DNA of 64,000 nucleotides from Squalus acanthias (lineage: Eukaryota), in contig JASTWF010000346.1 of assembly GCA_030390025.1 (NCBI GenBank), positions 372,001 through 436,000 on the forward strand, in the 5' to 3' direction. The notes under the pieces were generated by a model. It did not search any database, was not told where the DNA came from, and was given only the letters and a program-made list of their open reading frames with translations. Below are positions 38,155 to 49,580 of this stretch, one piece after another. Numbering within the stretch: position 1 is the stretch's first letter; each line of letters begins with the position of its first letter. The translations under genes were made by a program, and so were the position numbers.

Positions 38155-38622
38155 CTCACCCCCACATCATACTGGCACTCTGCTCCCTCTCACCCCCACA
38201 TCATCCTAGCACTCTGCTCCCTCTCACCCCACATCATCCTGACACTCTGCTCCCTCTCACACCCACATCATCCTGGCACTCTGCTCCCTCTCACCCCACA
38301 TCATCCTGGCACTCTGCTCCCTCTCACCCCACATCATCCTGACACTCTGCTCCCTCTCACCCCACATCATCCTGGCACTCTGCTCTCTCTCACCCCACAT
38401 CATCCTGGCACTCTGCTCCCTCACACCCCACATCATCCTGGCACTCTGCTCCCTCTCACCCCACATCATCCTGACACTCTGCTCCCTCTCACCCCACATC
38501 ATCCTGGCACTCTGCTCCCTCTCACCCACATCATCCTGGCACTCTGCTCCCTCTCACCCCACATCATCCTGACACTCTGCTCCCTCTCACCCCACATCAT
38601 CCTGGCACTCTGCTCCCTCTCA
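38155..38622. repeat. 33-bp minisatellite (ctcaccccacatcatcctggcactctgctccct)
   Basis: Tandem units; 11-aa periodicity in the ORF track. Confidence 0.95.
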
Positions 38623-39813
38623 GAACTCTCAATTCATCCTGGCATGTTTCTTCCACACCCTCTTCAGCCTGGCATTCTTCTCCATCAAAGCTCGGACTGA
38701 TCTTCTAGGACACGGATACTGTTTGATATTTTAGTCACGTTCTACTGGGAAATGTGTGCAGCCGACAGCAACCCCATCCCAGCCCTTTCTCATCACTGCC
38801 CCACTCCTTTGTATTAAAACGCAGGTGTAAGTTGTGCTCTGAAAATGAGGACATTCCTCAGGTATTCAGCACCACCCACCATTGGTGATCAGAAATACAC
38901 AAACTATCTCTCTTCAAACAGATGGAGAGTTTGGAAATCTTGACCTCGGTTTTTTTGAGCACAATTCGCCCGAAGTCGGTGTAACCAGTGCCAAAGATCA
39001 CGGAATTTTGAATACAAATTACATTCAGCGTGAATCGAATTTCCGTGACATTTTGCGCTGGTCAGAAAACATTGCGCTGGAATCCGGCCCCGCCCACACA
39101 ACTGGCCCCGCCCCCGGGTGAATTGCTCACCATGGCGAGTTTTCGCTAATTGCGCTCGTTTGTGGGCCTTCGAGGACGCTCCAAAGATTCAGCGGCTTCT
39201 TCTGGGCACCAGGTCACTAATAGACACGCTTTAAAAGCCTGTTGAATTTTTTTATAAATTTACTAAGACACTGACGACTGTACCCCAATATCACTGGCCA
39301 ATGGTTCTGTATATTTTTCATGTAAAATTCAGTAATTTAAAATCGGGTTACTCACAGCTGGTGGATTGACACTGTGATTTAAAATGCTTTTTTGGTGATA
39401 AACACATTTTCAGCTGTGTTAATAAAACTTCACCAAGTTGCCACTCGTAAGTATATCAAGGAATATTTTTTAAAGCAAAAGCTTTAAAATTACTTTCTCA
39501 AACGCTGTCCGATCGCGGTGCTTCACGGCAGATTTTGCTTTCGGGCGATATGTAAATAAGTTTGAGCGGAAACTCGAGAAAAAAACACTTTTCAAAACGG
39601 GCCGAATTATGGGCGCAATACACGGAAACTCTTGGCGCTTCGGTTCAAAAGGCTGAATGTTCACTTTTACTGCCGTGCGGGGTGTAAAACCGGCGGCCGA
39701 TCCGCTAACGCCTGTTTTGCGCCCGGTGGTAAAAGTGAAAATTCACCCCAGAGTGTTTGACGTTCCCTTGCAGTTGATTGTAGTGCCACTGTCAGCCAGG
39801 AGATGGTGATGGC

Positions 39814-39967
39814 GAAATAACAACAGAAAACGCTGGAAAAACTCAGCAGGCCAGGCAGCATCCGTGGAGAGAGAAAGAGAGTTCACGGATGCTGCCTGGC
39901 CTGCTGAGTTTTTCCAGCGTTTTCTGTTGTTATTTCAGATTTCCAGCATCCGCAGTATTTTGCTATC
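39814..39967. mobile_element. Tiny Penelope-like pLTR insertion with 5' inversion (hairpin)
   Basis: 53-bp perfect inverted repeat (39814-39866 / 39884-39936); 3' end matches the PLE tail at ~7145-7180; 14-bp flanking direct repeat gatggtgatggcga. Confidence 0.8.
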
Positions 39968-40574
39968 GATGGTGATGGCGAGCTGTACACAGAGCTGTAA
40001 AGTTTCACGGTGCAGTATCACCACCTGCTGGTGGAAACCGGCACTGCGGGAATATCAGAAACCGCAAATACTGAAACACTCGACTGATCAGACAATTCAG
40101 GCAGGACCTTCCTTCAGAACTGAAAGATAATTGGAGCAGAAAAAAAAGGGAAAATAAACACAGGCCTGGACATCCCACCTCTGTGCTCCTGGCACACACC
40201 GAGTCCCTGTCGGGAAATTCCGCACTCCTGGTCTGCCCAATGTTCAAAAAAGCACAGGTTGGGAGTGTGGAATTTCCCAATATGGGCTCTTGGTGTGTGT
40301 CAGGAGAGCGGAATCCCAAAATCTGGGCCTGTATTCCGAGTACAGAGAGGAGATTAATCGGTTAAATCAGTTTAAAAATCACTGAAGTGGGTGCTGAAGA
40401 CATGAAATTTATTTCCAGGGGGTGTGTGGGAGATACTTTCCAGAGCGGCCCACTCTATTTTATGTTTTGGAGCCTGTGATAATTCTGCCTTTCAAACCAA
40501 AAATAATTTCTCCTGGAAAGGTTACAGATATTTTAAATATTAAAATAAAAGCGGTGTAGGGGCTTCAATACAAC

Positions 40575-41195
40575 TTCAATACGTGGAGAGACTGGTGAAG
40601 CTGGGGTTGTTAACTAGTTTATAAAACACCAGTTTGGCCCCAGCTGGATTATTGTGTCCAATTCTGGGCACCGCACTTTCGGAAGGACATGAAGGCTTTG
40701 GAGAGGGTGCAGAAGAGATTTACTAGAATGGTTCCCAGGATGAGGGATTACAGTGAGGTGGATAGACTGGAGAAGCTGGGGTTGTTCTCCTTGGAGCAGA
40801 GAAGGCTAAGAGGAGATTTGATGGAGGTGTTTAAAATCATGAAGGGTTTAGATAGAGTAAATAAAGAGAAACTGTTTCCAAGGGCTGAAGGGTCGATAAC
40901 CAGAGGACACAGATTTAAGGTGATTGGCAAAAGAACCAGAGGCGACATGAGGTAAAACTTTTTTACACAACAAGTGGTTAGGATTTGGAACACACTGCCT
41001 GATAGGGTGGTGGAAACAGATTCAATAGGAGCCTGCAAAGGGGAATTGGATAAATACTTGAAGGAGAACAATTTGCAGGGATATCGGGAAAGAGCGGGGG
41101 AGTGGGACTAACTGGATTGCTCTTCGAAAGAGCCGGCGCAGACTCAATGGGCCGAACGGCCTCCTTCTGTGCTGTACTACTCTATGAATCTGTGA
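40575..41195 (+). mobile_element. CR1 3' fragment
   Basis: ORF 40689-40955; ends GYRERAGEWD* like the 2528-4780 copy. Confidence 0.85.
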
Positions 41196-41477
41196 TTCTA
41201 GCTGAGTGTGCACTTGGTACCTTGGTTACCGAACACAACTGTGATGGAGCCTGTAGGCTCCAGAGACCTCTCAACATCTCCATCCTGTCAGGAGGGATGT
41301 AATTACTCAAAATGCTGCTCGCAGGGGCTGAGGGGAATCTTGTATTGTGGAGGATATTCCCCGGCAATTCTAGAAAGGAACTTATCCTACATCACTCAAC
41401 CCATATGTACTAATACTTGAACATTCAGTAAGAAGTCTCCAAAGGTTACTTACAATCTGATTTTTATTAATAATAAT

Positions 41478-42500
41478 CAGGACATTGCTGCAGGAGTTCC
41501 TCAGGGCAGTGTCCTAGGCCCAACCATCTTCAGCTGCTGCATCAATGACCTTCCCTCCATCATAAGGTCAGAAATGGGGATGTTCGCTGATGACTGCACA
41601 GTGTTCAGTGCCATTCACAACTCCTCAGATAATGAAGCAGTCCATGCCCGCATGCAGCAAGACCTGGACAATGTTCAGGCTTGGGCTGATAAGTGGCAGG
41701 TAACATTCGCGCCACAGAAGTGCCAGGCAATGACTATCTCCAACAAGCGAGAGTCTAACCACCGCCCCATGACATTCAATGGCATTGCCATTGCCGAATC
41801 CTCCACCAGCAACATCCTGGGGGGGTCACTCACCATTGACCAGAAACTTAACTGGACCAGCCACATAAATACTGTGGCAACAAGAGCAGGTCAGAGGCTA
41901 GGTATTCTGTGGTGAGTGTCTCACCTCCTGACTCCCCAAAGCCTTTCTACCATCTACAAGGCTCAAGTAAGGAGTGTGATGGAATACTCTCCACTTGCCT
42001 GGATGAGTGCAGCTCCAACAACACTCAAGAAGCTCGACACCATCCAGGACAAAGCAGCTTGCTTGATTGGCACCCCATCTACCACCTTAAGCATTCACTC
42101 CCTCCACCACTGGTGCACCATGGCTGCAGTGTGTACCATCTACAAGATGCACTGCAGCAACTCGCCAAGGCTTCTTCGGCAGCATCTCCCAAACCCGCGA
42201 ACTCTACCACCTGGAAGGACAAGGGCAGCAGGCGCATGGGAACACCATCACCTCCAAGTTCCCCTCCAAGTCACACACCATCCTGACTGAGAAGTATATT
42301 GCCGTTCCTTCATCGTCGCTGAGTCAAAATCCTGGAACTACCTACCTAACAGCACTGTGGGAGTACCATCAACATACGGACTGCAACGGTTCAAGATGGC
42401 GGCTCACTTCTCAAGGGCAATTAGGGATGGGCAATAAATACTGGCCTTGCCAGCGACGGCCACATCCCATAAACAAATTTAAAAAAAATTAAAAAAGAAA
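41478..42500 (+). mobile_element. 5'-truncated copy of the tRNA-headed LINE family
   Basis: GVPQGSVLGP, MFADD; same 3' tail and A-run. Confidence 0.9.
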
Positions 42501-42586
42501 ACCTTCTGATAAGATCATCTCTCCACTTCCAGAACATAGTAACAGTCCACCTCTGGATCTCATTGCCTGCTTCAGTCTGACATAAA

Positions 42587-44274
42587 TGTAGAATTCGCAA
42601 TATATCGCGATTTTATTAATAAGGAGAAAAACACAGAGTTTCGTTCAAACAGCTTTTATTTCAGCAGAATGCTGTCAGGTTTTCAAAGTGGACACAAGCA
42701 GCTTGTAAAATGGCCGCCGCACCTCGTGAGAGAACATTCTAGACTTTTCGACAGGCAGACAAGATGGCGTTCCAATAAACATTTGTGCAAGATCGATTAA
42801 GACTCAGCACATTTAAGATAATACACGAGACATCATGGGTTTACAGTATACACATAAATACTGAAATCGGTCTCCCAGGTGCGAATAAGAGCTATTGTAC
42901 CAAGTAATCAAGAACCCATCCAAAGACATTAATATGTAAAATCCCAACGACTCTACGATGAGAGAGCCGTTAGCGGGTAGTTACAGAAAACACTTGGAAG
43001 CCCCAAAACCCCTCCAGGGAGAACACCGACCGATTAAACAATGGGAGAAATATTAACAGGTACTCAGACAGTTACGAGTAGCCCCGAAACCCATTAAAAC
43101 AAAGATCACCCTATACAAGACATTTGAGCGCCAAACCCTAACAAAAGAAAAGACATTAAGGTTGGGCGGGAAACGGAAGATTTTGCACTATAATTGCAAG
43201 CTCCAAACCGTCCATCTCTCTCTTATTCTTGGCTCTTGACTCTTGACTCTTATCCTCGTGGCTGCCCTTGACTCGCCGTTTTGTTCCTGCTTGCCTCGTG
43301 TCTCTTTTCAAAAGACTGTTGAACTTTATGATCCGCTCGGATCTACCCCGTGTCGTGTCGCGAAGACCTGTGTAGAACTGGGCTCTGAAGCCTTGAAGCG
43401 GGCGCACCATCCCGATAAGTCGGTAAACGGTGTTGGAACCGAAGGCCCGAGATGAGATGAGATGAAAAGAGAAGAAGACCATACTTATCGCCACGGTCAG
43501 TAAGCTCCGACCGCGCCTGTAGGTCGAATAGACATTTTCCTTGCCAGGAAGACTTCTTCGAGTTTTACAGAACTGCCAGGAAGATTATTCTTCGAATTCT
43601 ATCGCATCCGTGCGAGGGCACAGGAAGACTCTTTTTTGAGTAGTGTCGGAACTCCGAGGACAACACAGATCTTCATGACAGCAGACGTTCCAGCCTGCTA
43701 GCCGGAGCAGAAACGAGTAAACAAGTGGGGCCCGGAGACCCCCTGATCGACACGTGGGTGCTGCGGTGAAAAACATCCGATCAGAGTTTTTGGAATTCTC
43801 CGAGTTATCACGAGTGGTGAGCATGAGTCTCGATCCTACGAATCTAGCTTAGGACAGATATTGATAGGGGAGGGTTTTAAGTATTAAGGATAATTGTAAT
43901 GTGTGCCCCCATTTACGATGTGTCGTTCGTTCCTCGTTTCCCTGAAATTAATTACATAACTGCGTGTAAGATTGTACTGTCATTAATCTGTGCTTATGAC
44001 ATGTATTTCGTAATCTTAAATATTATGCAATAAAGATTTTCCATTTCGTACCATTCAACCGAGTCTACCTGAGTTTCATCTCCATTACTGCTCTCGCATC
44101 TAAGTCCAGTGTCTAGAACCGTAAGGGCGAGTGGGTCGAACCACTCACAGGTGTGTCTAGTGCTCCCAGACTGGCTGGAGACCAGAACAGGCAACAAGGC
44201 CTAAACCCGCACTAGCACCCGGGCTGCACAGAGCCACACGAATCTCACAGGCTGAGAGACAAAAAACCCTTACA
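42587..44274 (+). mobile_element. Solo LTR, 1688 bp
   Basis: TGTAG...TTACA termini; 4-bp TSD taaa; AATAAA at 44029-44034; homologous along its length to 47174-48829. Confidence 0.85.
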
Positions 44275-44469
44275 TAAATCAACATCTGGAGGCAACATTC
44301 AGCATTCCTGCAACATACAGTCACACAAAATGGCACGACTGCATTCTGTCTCCCCCCAGACCTTTACACAGCGCACTCCCAACAACTAGAGACTGGTAGG
44401 GCCACAGCGCAGACAGAGAGCTGATCTTCCCCCTTCACTGGAGGCAGAAAGAATCTGTCAAACACCAAA

Positions 44470-45113
44470 CATAGTATTACATAGAATCTACAGCACAGAA
44501 GCTGGCCATTTGGCCCAACTGGTCCGTGCCGGTGTTTAGGCTGCACACGAGGCTCCTCCCACCCTGCTTCATCTCACCCTATCAGCATATCCTTCGATTC
44601 CTTTCCCCCTCATGTACTCATCGAGCTTCCCCTGAAATGTATCGATGTTATTCGCCTCAACCACTCCCTGTGGTAGCGAGTTCCACATTCTCACCACACT
44701 CTGGGTAGAGAAGTTTCTCCTGAATTCCCTATTGGATTTATTAGTGACTCTCTTATATTTATTGCCCCCTAGTTTTGGATTCTCCCACAAGTGGAAACAT
44801 CTTCTCTACATCGACCCTATCAAACCCTCCATAATTTTAAAGACCTCACTCAGGTCACCTTTCAGCCTCCTCTTTTGTAGAGAAAAGAGCCCCAGCCCGT
44901 TCAATCTTTCCTGATAGTTATAACCTCTCAGTTCTGGTATCATCCTTATCAATCTTTTTGGCACCCTCTCCAGTGCCTCGATATCTTTTTTTGTAATCTG
45001 GAGACCAGAACTGTGCACAGCACGTTCAGTGTGGTCTAACCAAGGTTTGATACAAGTTTAACATGACCTCCCTGCTTGCCAATTCTATTCCTCTAGAAAT
45101 GAACACCCAGTGC
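44470..45113 (-). mobile_element. CR1 3' fragment
   Basis: Minus ORFs 44569-45018 (WNSLPQ...GYADRVR), similar to 18839-19069. Confidence 0.85.
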
Positions 45114-45238
45114 TTACAGCCCAGACCTTGCACAGAAAATACTTCAGCCCTGGGGCTCAAGCCAAGCTGAGCCAACATGAGACATCTTCCATTCGTTCAA
45201 ACAAGCTATACAGCCATGTTCGTCCCCATAACAATAAA

Positions 45239-45604
45239 TATATAGAGTGTAGTGTTACAGCCCCATCTCCTGCTGACACTGGGAGATACCAGGTACAGAT
45301 ATAGAGTGTAGTGTTACAGCCCCATCTCCTGCTGACACTGGGATATACCAGGTACATATATAGAGTGTAGTGTTACTGCCCCATCTCCTGCTGACACTGG
45401 GATATACCAGGTACATATATCGAGTGTAGTGTTACAGCCCCATCTCCTGCTGACACTCGGATATACCAGGTACATATATAGAGTGTAGTGTTACAGCCCC
45501 ATCTCCTGCTGACACTCGGATATACCAGGTACATATATAGAGTGCAGTGTTACAGCCCCATCTCCTGCTGACACTCGGATATACCAGGTACATATATAGA
45601 GTGT
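45239..45604. repeat. 59-bp satellite, left part (~6 units)
   Basis: Unit agagtgtagtgttacagccccatctcctgctgacactgggatataccaggtacatatat. Confidence 0.95.
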
Positions 45605-45843
45605 TGTGGCGGATCGCCACCTAAACGGGCATAATCCACTCTTCCGTCCGTGGACAAATATCCAACACCTTCCCTTTAAGGTACCTTACCTTTAAGGCAG
45701 GAGTGGGCGGGGCCTCAGGGTTTGCCCAGAGAATTCTGGGAGTTTTTCTGTTCAGCCATTTTGTGCCATGCAGTGATTAAAAAGTCTCTTGTTTAACACA
45801 CATGGATTCAGCCTTAATTCGTGTTTCGCGGCAGCCTCAACAT

Positions 45844-45857
45844 TGGTGACCCCGACG
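45844..45857 (+). promoter_or_regulatory. Primer-binding site complementary to the tRNA-Trp 3' end
   Basis: TGGTGACCCCGACG, starting 1 nt after the 5' LTR. Confidence 0.8.
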
Positions 45858-46221
45858 CTCAGAACGTATTCCGAGCACTGCAATGGCGGACACGAACGCA
45901 GTTTCCGTGAAACTGCCGGAGTTTTGGGAAAACCAGCCCGAAGCCTGGTTTCTCCAAGCTGAATCGCGCTTCTGGCTGCAACGCATCACCACAGATGGGA
46001 CGAAGTACGACTATCTCATCACATCACTCGGTAGCGCCACAGTTTCGAAGGTTTGGACAACGCTGCAGAACCCACCAGAGGAAGGCAAGTACGCACATCT
46101 CAAGACAGCGCTCCTTAAAAAATTTACGGCCTCGGCATATCAGCAAAACTGCCACCTCCTCGACCTTCCAGGCCTCGGTGATGCTTCACCGTCAGACCTC
46201 CTCTCCCACATGCTTCCCCTC

Positions 46222-49200
46222 ATCTTGAAGGAAGTGGCGGTAGGGATTGTAGATGCATTGGTAATAATTTTTCAAAACTCCCTGGATTCCGCTAAGGTCC
46301 CGGCAGACTGGAAAACTGCTAATGTAACACCCTTATTTAAAAAGGGCAGTAGACAGAAGGCTGGTAACTATAGACCGGTTAGCCTAACATCTGTGGTAGG
46401 TAAAATTTTGGAGTCCATTATTAAGGAAACAGTAACAGGACATTTGGATAATCATAATTTAATAGGACAAAGTCAGCATGGTTTTACGAAGGGGAAGTCA
46501 TGTTTGACAAATTTGCTGGAGTTCTTTGAGGAAGTAACATATAGAGTGGATAAAGGGGAACCAGTGGACGTAGTGTATTTAGACTTCCAAAAGGCATTTG
46601 ACAAGGTGCCACACAAAAGATTATTGCTTAAGGTAAAAAATCACGGGATTGGGGGTAATATTCTGGCATGGATAGAGGATTGGCTATCTAACAGAAAGCA
46701 AAGAGTTGGGATAAATGGTTCATTCTCAGACTGGCAATCAGTAACTAGTGGTGTTCCACAGTGGTCAGTGCTGGGTCCCCAACTCTTTACAATCTATATT
46801 AACGATTTGGAGGAAGGGACCAAGTGTAACATATCAAAATTTGCAGATGATACAAAGATGGGAGGGAAAGTAGTGAGTGAGGAGGACATAAAAAACCTGC
46901 AAGGGGACATAGAGAGGCTAAGTAAGTGGGCAGAGATTTGGCAGATGGAATACAACACTGGAAAGTGTGAGGTGATGCACTTTGGCAGGAAAAATCCTAG
47001 AGCAATTTATTATCTTAATGGCAAGAAACTGGAGAGTACTGAAGTGCAAAGGGATCTGGGGGTCCTGGTGCACGAAACTCAAAAGGTTAGTATGCAGGTG
47101 CAGCAAGTGATTAAGAAGGCAAATGGAATGTTGGCTTTCATTGCTAGGGGGATAGAATATAAAAATAGGGAGGTGTAGAATTCGCAATATAATCGCGATT
47201 TTATAAATAAGGTGAAAACACATAGTTTCATTCAAACAGCTTTATTTCAGCAGAATGCTGTCAGGTTTTCAAAGTGGACACAAGCAGCCTGTAAAATGGC
47301 CGCCACGCCTCGTGGCAGAACATTCTAGACTTTTCGATAAGCAGACAAGATGGCGTTCCAATAAACATTTGTGCGAGATCGATCAAGACTCAGCACATTT
47401 GAGATAATACACGAGACATTATGGGTTTGCAGTATACACATAAATACTGGAATCGGTCTCCCAGGTGCGAATAAGGGCTATTGTACCAAGCAATCAAGAA
47501 CCCATCCAAAGACATTAATATGCAAAATCCCCACGACTCTACGATGAGAGAGCCGTTTGCGGGTAGTTACAGAAACATTTGGAAGCCCCAAAACCCCTCC
47601 AGGGAGAATACTAGCCGGTTACACAATGGGAAAAGTATTAACAGGTACTCAGACAGTTACGAGTATCCCAGAATCCCATTAAAACGGAGATCACCCTATA
47701 CAAGAAGTTTGAGCGCCAAAACTCTGACAAAAGAAAAGACATTAAGATTGGGCGGGAAAAGAGGAATTTCAGCACTATAACTGTAAGCTCCAACCGTCCA
47801 TCTTTCTCTTATTCTCCTGCCTCTTGCCGCTTGCATCGTGTCTCTGCCTCTTGCAGCTTTTAAAGACTATCGAACTTTCTGATCCGCCGAGATCAGCCTC
47901 GTGGCTTGCCGCGAAGATCTGTGTGGAACCGGGCTGTGAAGCCTTGGAATGGGCACACCATCCCGAGAAGTCGGTAAACGGTGTTGGAACCGAAGGCCCG
48001 AGATGAGATGAGATGAGATGAGATGAGAAGAGAAGAAGACGACCATACGTATCGCCACGGTCAGTAAGCCCCGACCGCGCCTGTAGGTCGAATAGACACT
48101 TTGCTTGCCCAGGAAGACTATCTTTTGAGTTTTACAGAACTGGCATCGGAAGACCATTCTTCGAGTTTTATCGCATCGGGGCGAGGGCACAGGAAGACTA
48201 TTCTTTGAGTCGTATCGGAACTCCGAGGACAACACAGATCTTCATGACAGCAGACGGTCCAGCCTGCTAGCCGGAGCAGAAACGAGTAAACAAGTGGGGT
48301 ACAGAGACCCCTGATCAACACGTGGGTGATCAGGTGCTGCGGTAAAAACATCCGAGCAGAGTTTTCGGAATTCTCCGAGTTATCACGAGTGGTGAGCATG
48401 AGTCTCGATCCTACAAGTCTAGTTTAGAGCAGGTATTGATAGGGGAGGGTTTAAGTTTTAAGGATAATTGTAATGTGTGCCCCTATTTACGATGTGTCGT
48501 TCGTTCCTCGTTTCCCTCAAATTAGTTACATAACTGCGTGTAAGATTGTACTGTCATTAATCTGTGCTTATGACATGTATTTCGTAATCTTGAATAATAT
48601 GCAATAAAGATTTTCCATTTCGCACTATTCAACCGGGTCTACCTGAGTTTTCTCTCCATTATTGCTCTCGCATCTAAGTCCAGTGTCAGAACCGTAAGGG
48701 CAAGTGGGTCGAACCACTCACAGGTGTCTAGTGCTCCCAGACTGGCTGGAGACCAGAACAGGCAACAAGGCCTAACCTCGCACTAGCACCCAGGCTGAGC
48801 ACAGAGCCACACGGGTCAAAACCCTTACAGAGGTATTGCTTCAGTTGTACAAGGTATTGGTGAGACCGCACCTGGAATACTGCATACAGTTTTGGTGTCC
48901 TTACTTAAGGAAAGACATCCTTGCTCTCGAGGCAGTGCAAACAAGGTTCACTCGGTTAATCCCGGGGATGAGGGGGTGGTCATATGAGGAGAGGTTGGGT
49001 AGATTGGGACTCTACTCATTGGAGTTCAGAAGAATGAGAGGCGATCTTATTGAAACATATAAGATTGTGAAGGGGTTGGATCGGGTGGATGCGGGGAGGA
49101 TGTTCCCGATGACGGGTGAGACTAGAACTAGGGGACATAGTCTTAGAATAAGGGGCTGCTCTTTCAAAACTGAGATGAGGAGGAACTACTTCACTCAGAG

Positions 49201-49580
49201 GGTGGTAGGTCCATGGAATATGCTGCCACAAAAAGCTGTAGAAGCTACATCATTAAATAAATTTAAAACAGAAATAGACAGTTTCCTAGAAGTAAAGGGC
49301 ATTAAGGGTTACGGGGAGCGGGCAGGAATTTGGACATGAGTCTAGGTTCGGATCGGTCATGGCCCTGTGGGTAGTGGAGCGGGCCCAGGGACCGTGTAGC
49401 CTGATTCTGCTCCTATTTCGTGTGTGCAATTCTGTTAGATGCAGGAGATGGTTCTGTGATAGATAGTAGATTGGCGGTTAGGATCAGATCAGCCATGATC
49501 TTATTGAATGGCGGAGCAGGCTCGAGGGGCCGATTGGCCTACTCCTGCTCCTATTTCTTATGTTCTTATGTTCTTATGTT
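46222..49580 (+). mobile_element. 5'-truncated CR1 inserted into Gypsy gag, itself split by a solo LTR
   Basis: ILKEVAVGIVDAL... to ...GIWT*; (ttcttatg)n tail; gag resumes at TDESPPGSLF. Confidence 0.92.
47174..48829 (+). mobile_element. Solo LTR, 1656 bp, same family as 42587-44274
   Basis: TGTAG...TTACA termini; 4-bp TSD gagg (47170-47173, 48830-48833); removal restores the CR1 frame. Confidence 0.9.

Noticed and set aside
35833..38700. Long ORFs of 464 and 242 aa
   Set aside because: Translations of 38-bp and 33-bp minisatellites; no domain or splice evidence
42587..48829. Paired LTRs of one provirus
   Set aside because: Each LTR has its own TSD (taaa, gagg) and the interval holds unrelated CR1, satellite and Gypsy sequence
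47173..48832. Solo LTR acting as an intron that restores the Gag-RT fusion
   Set aside because: GT at 47173 and AG at 48831-48832 would restore the frame, but the donor is weak and the stronger CAG two bases upstream gives a frameshift; no transcript evidence
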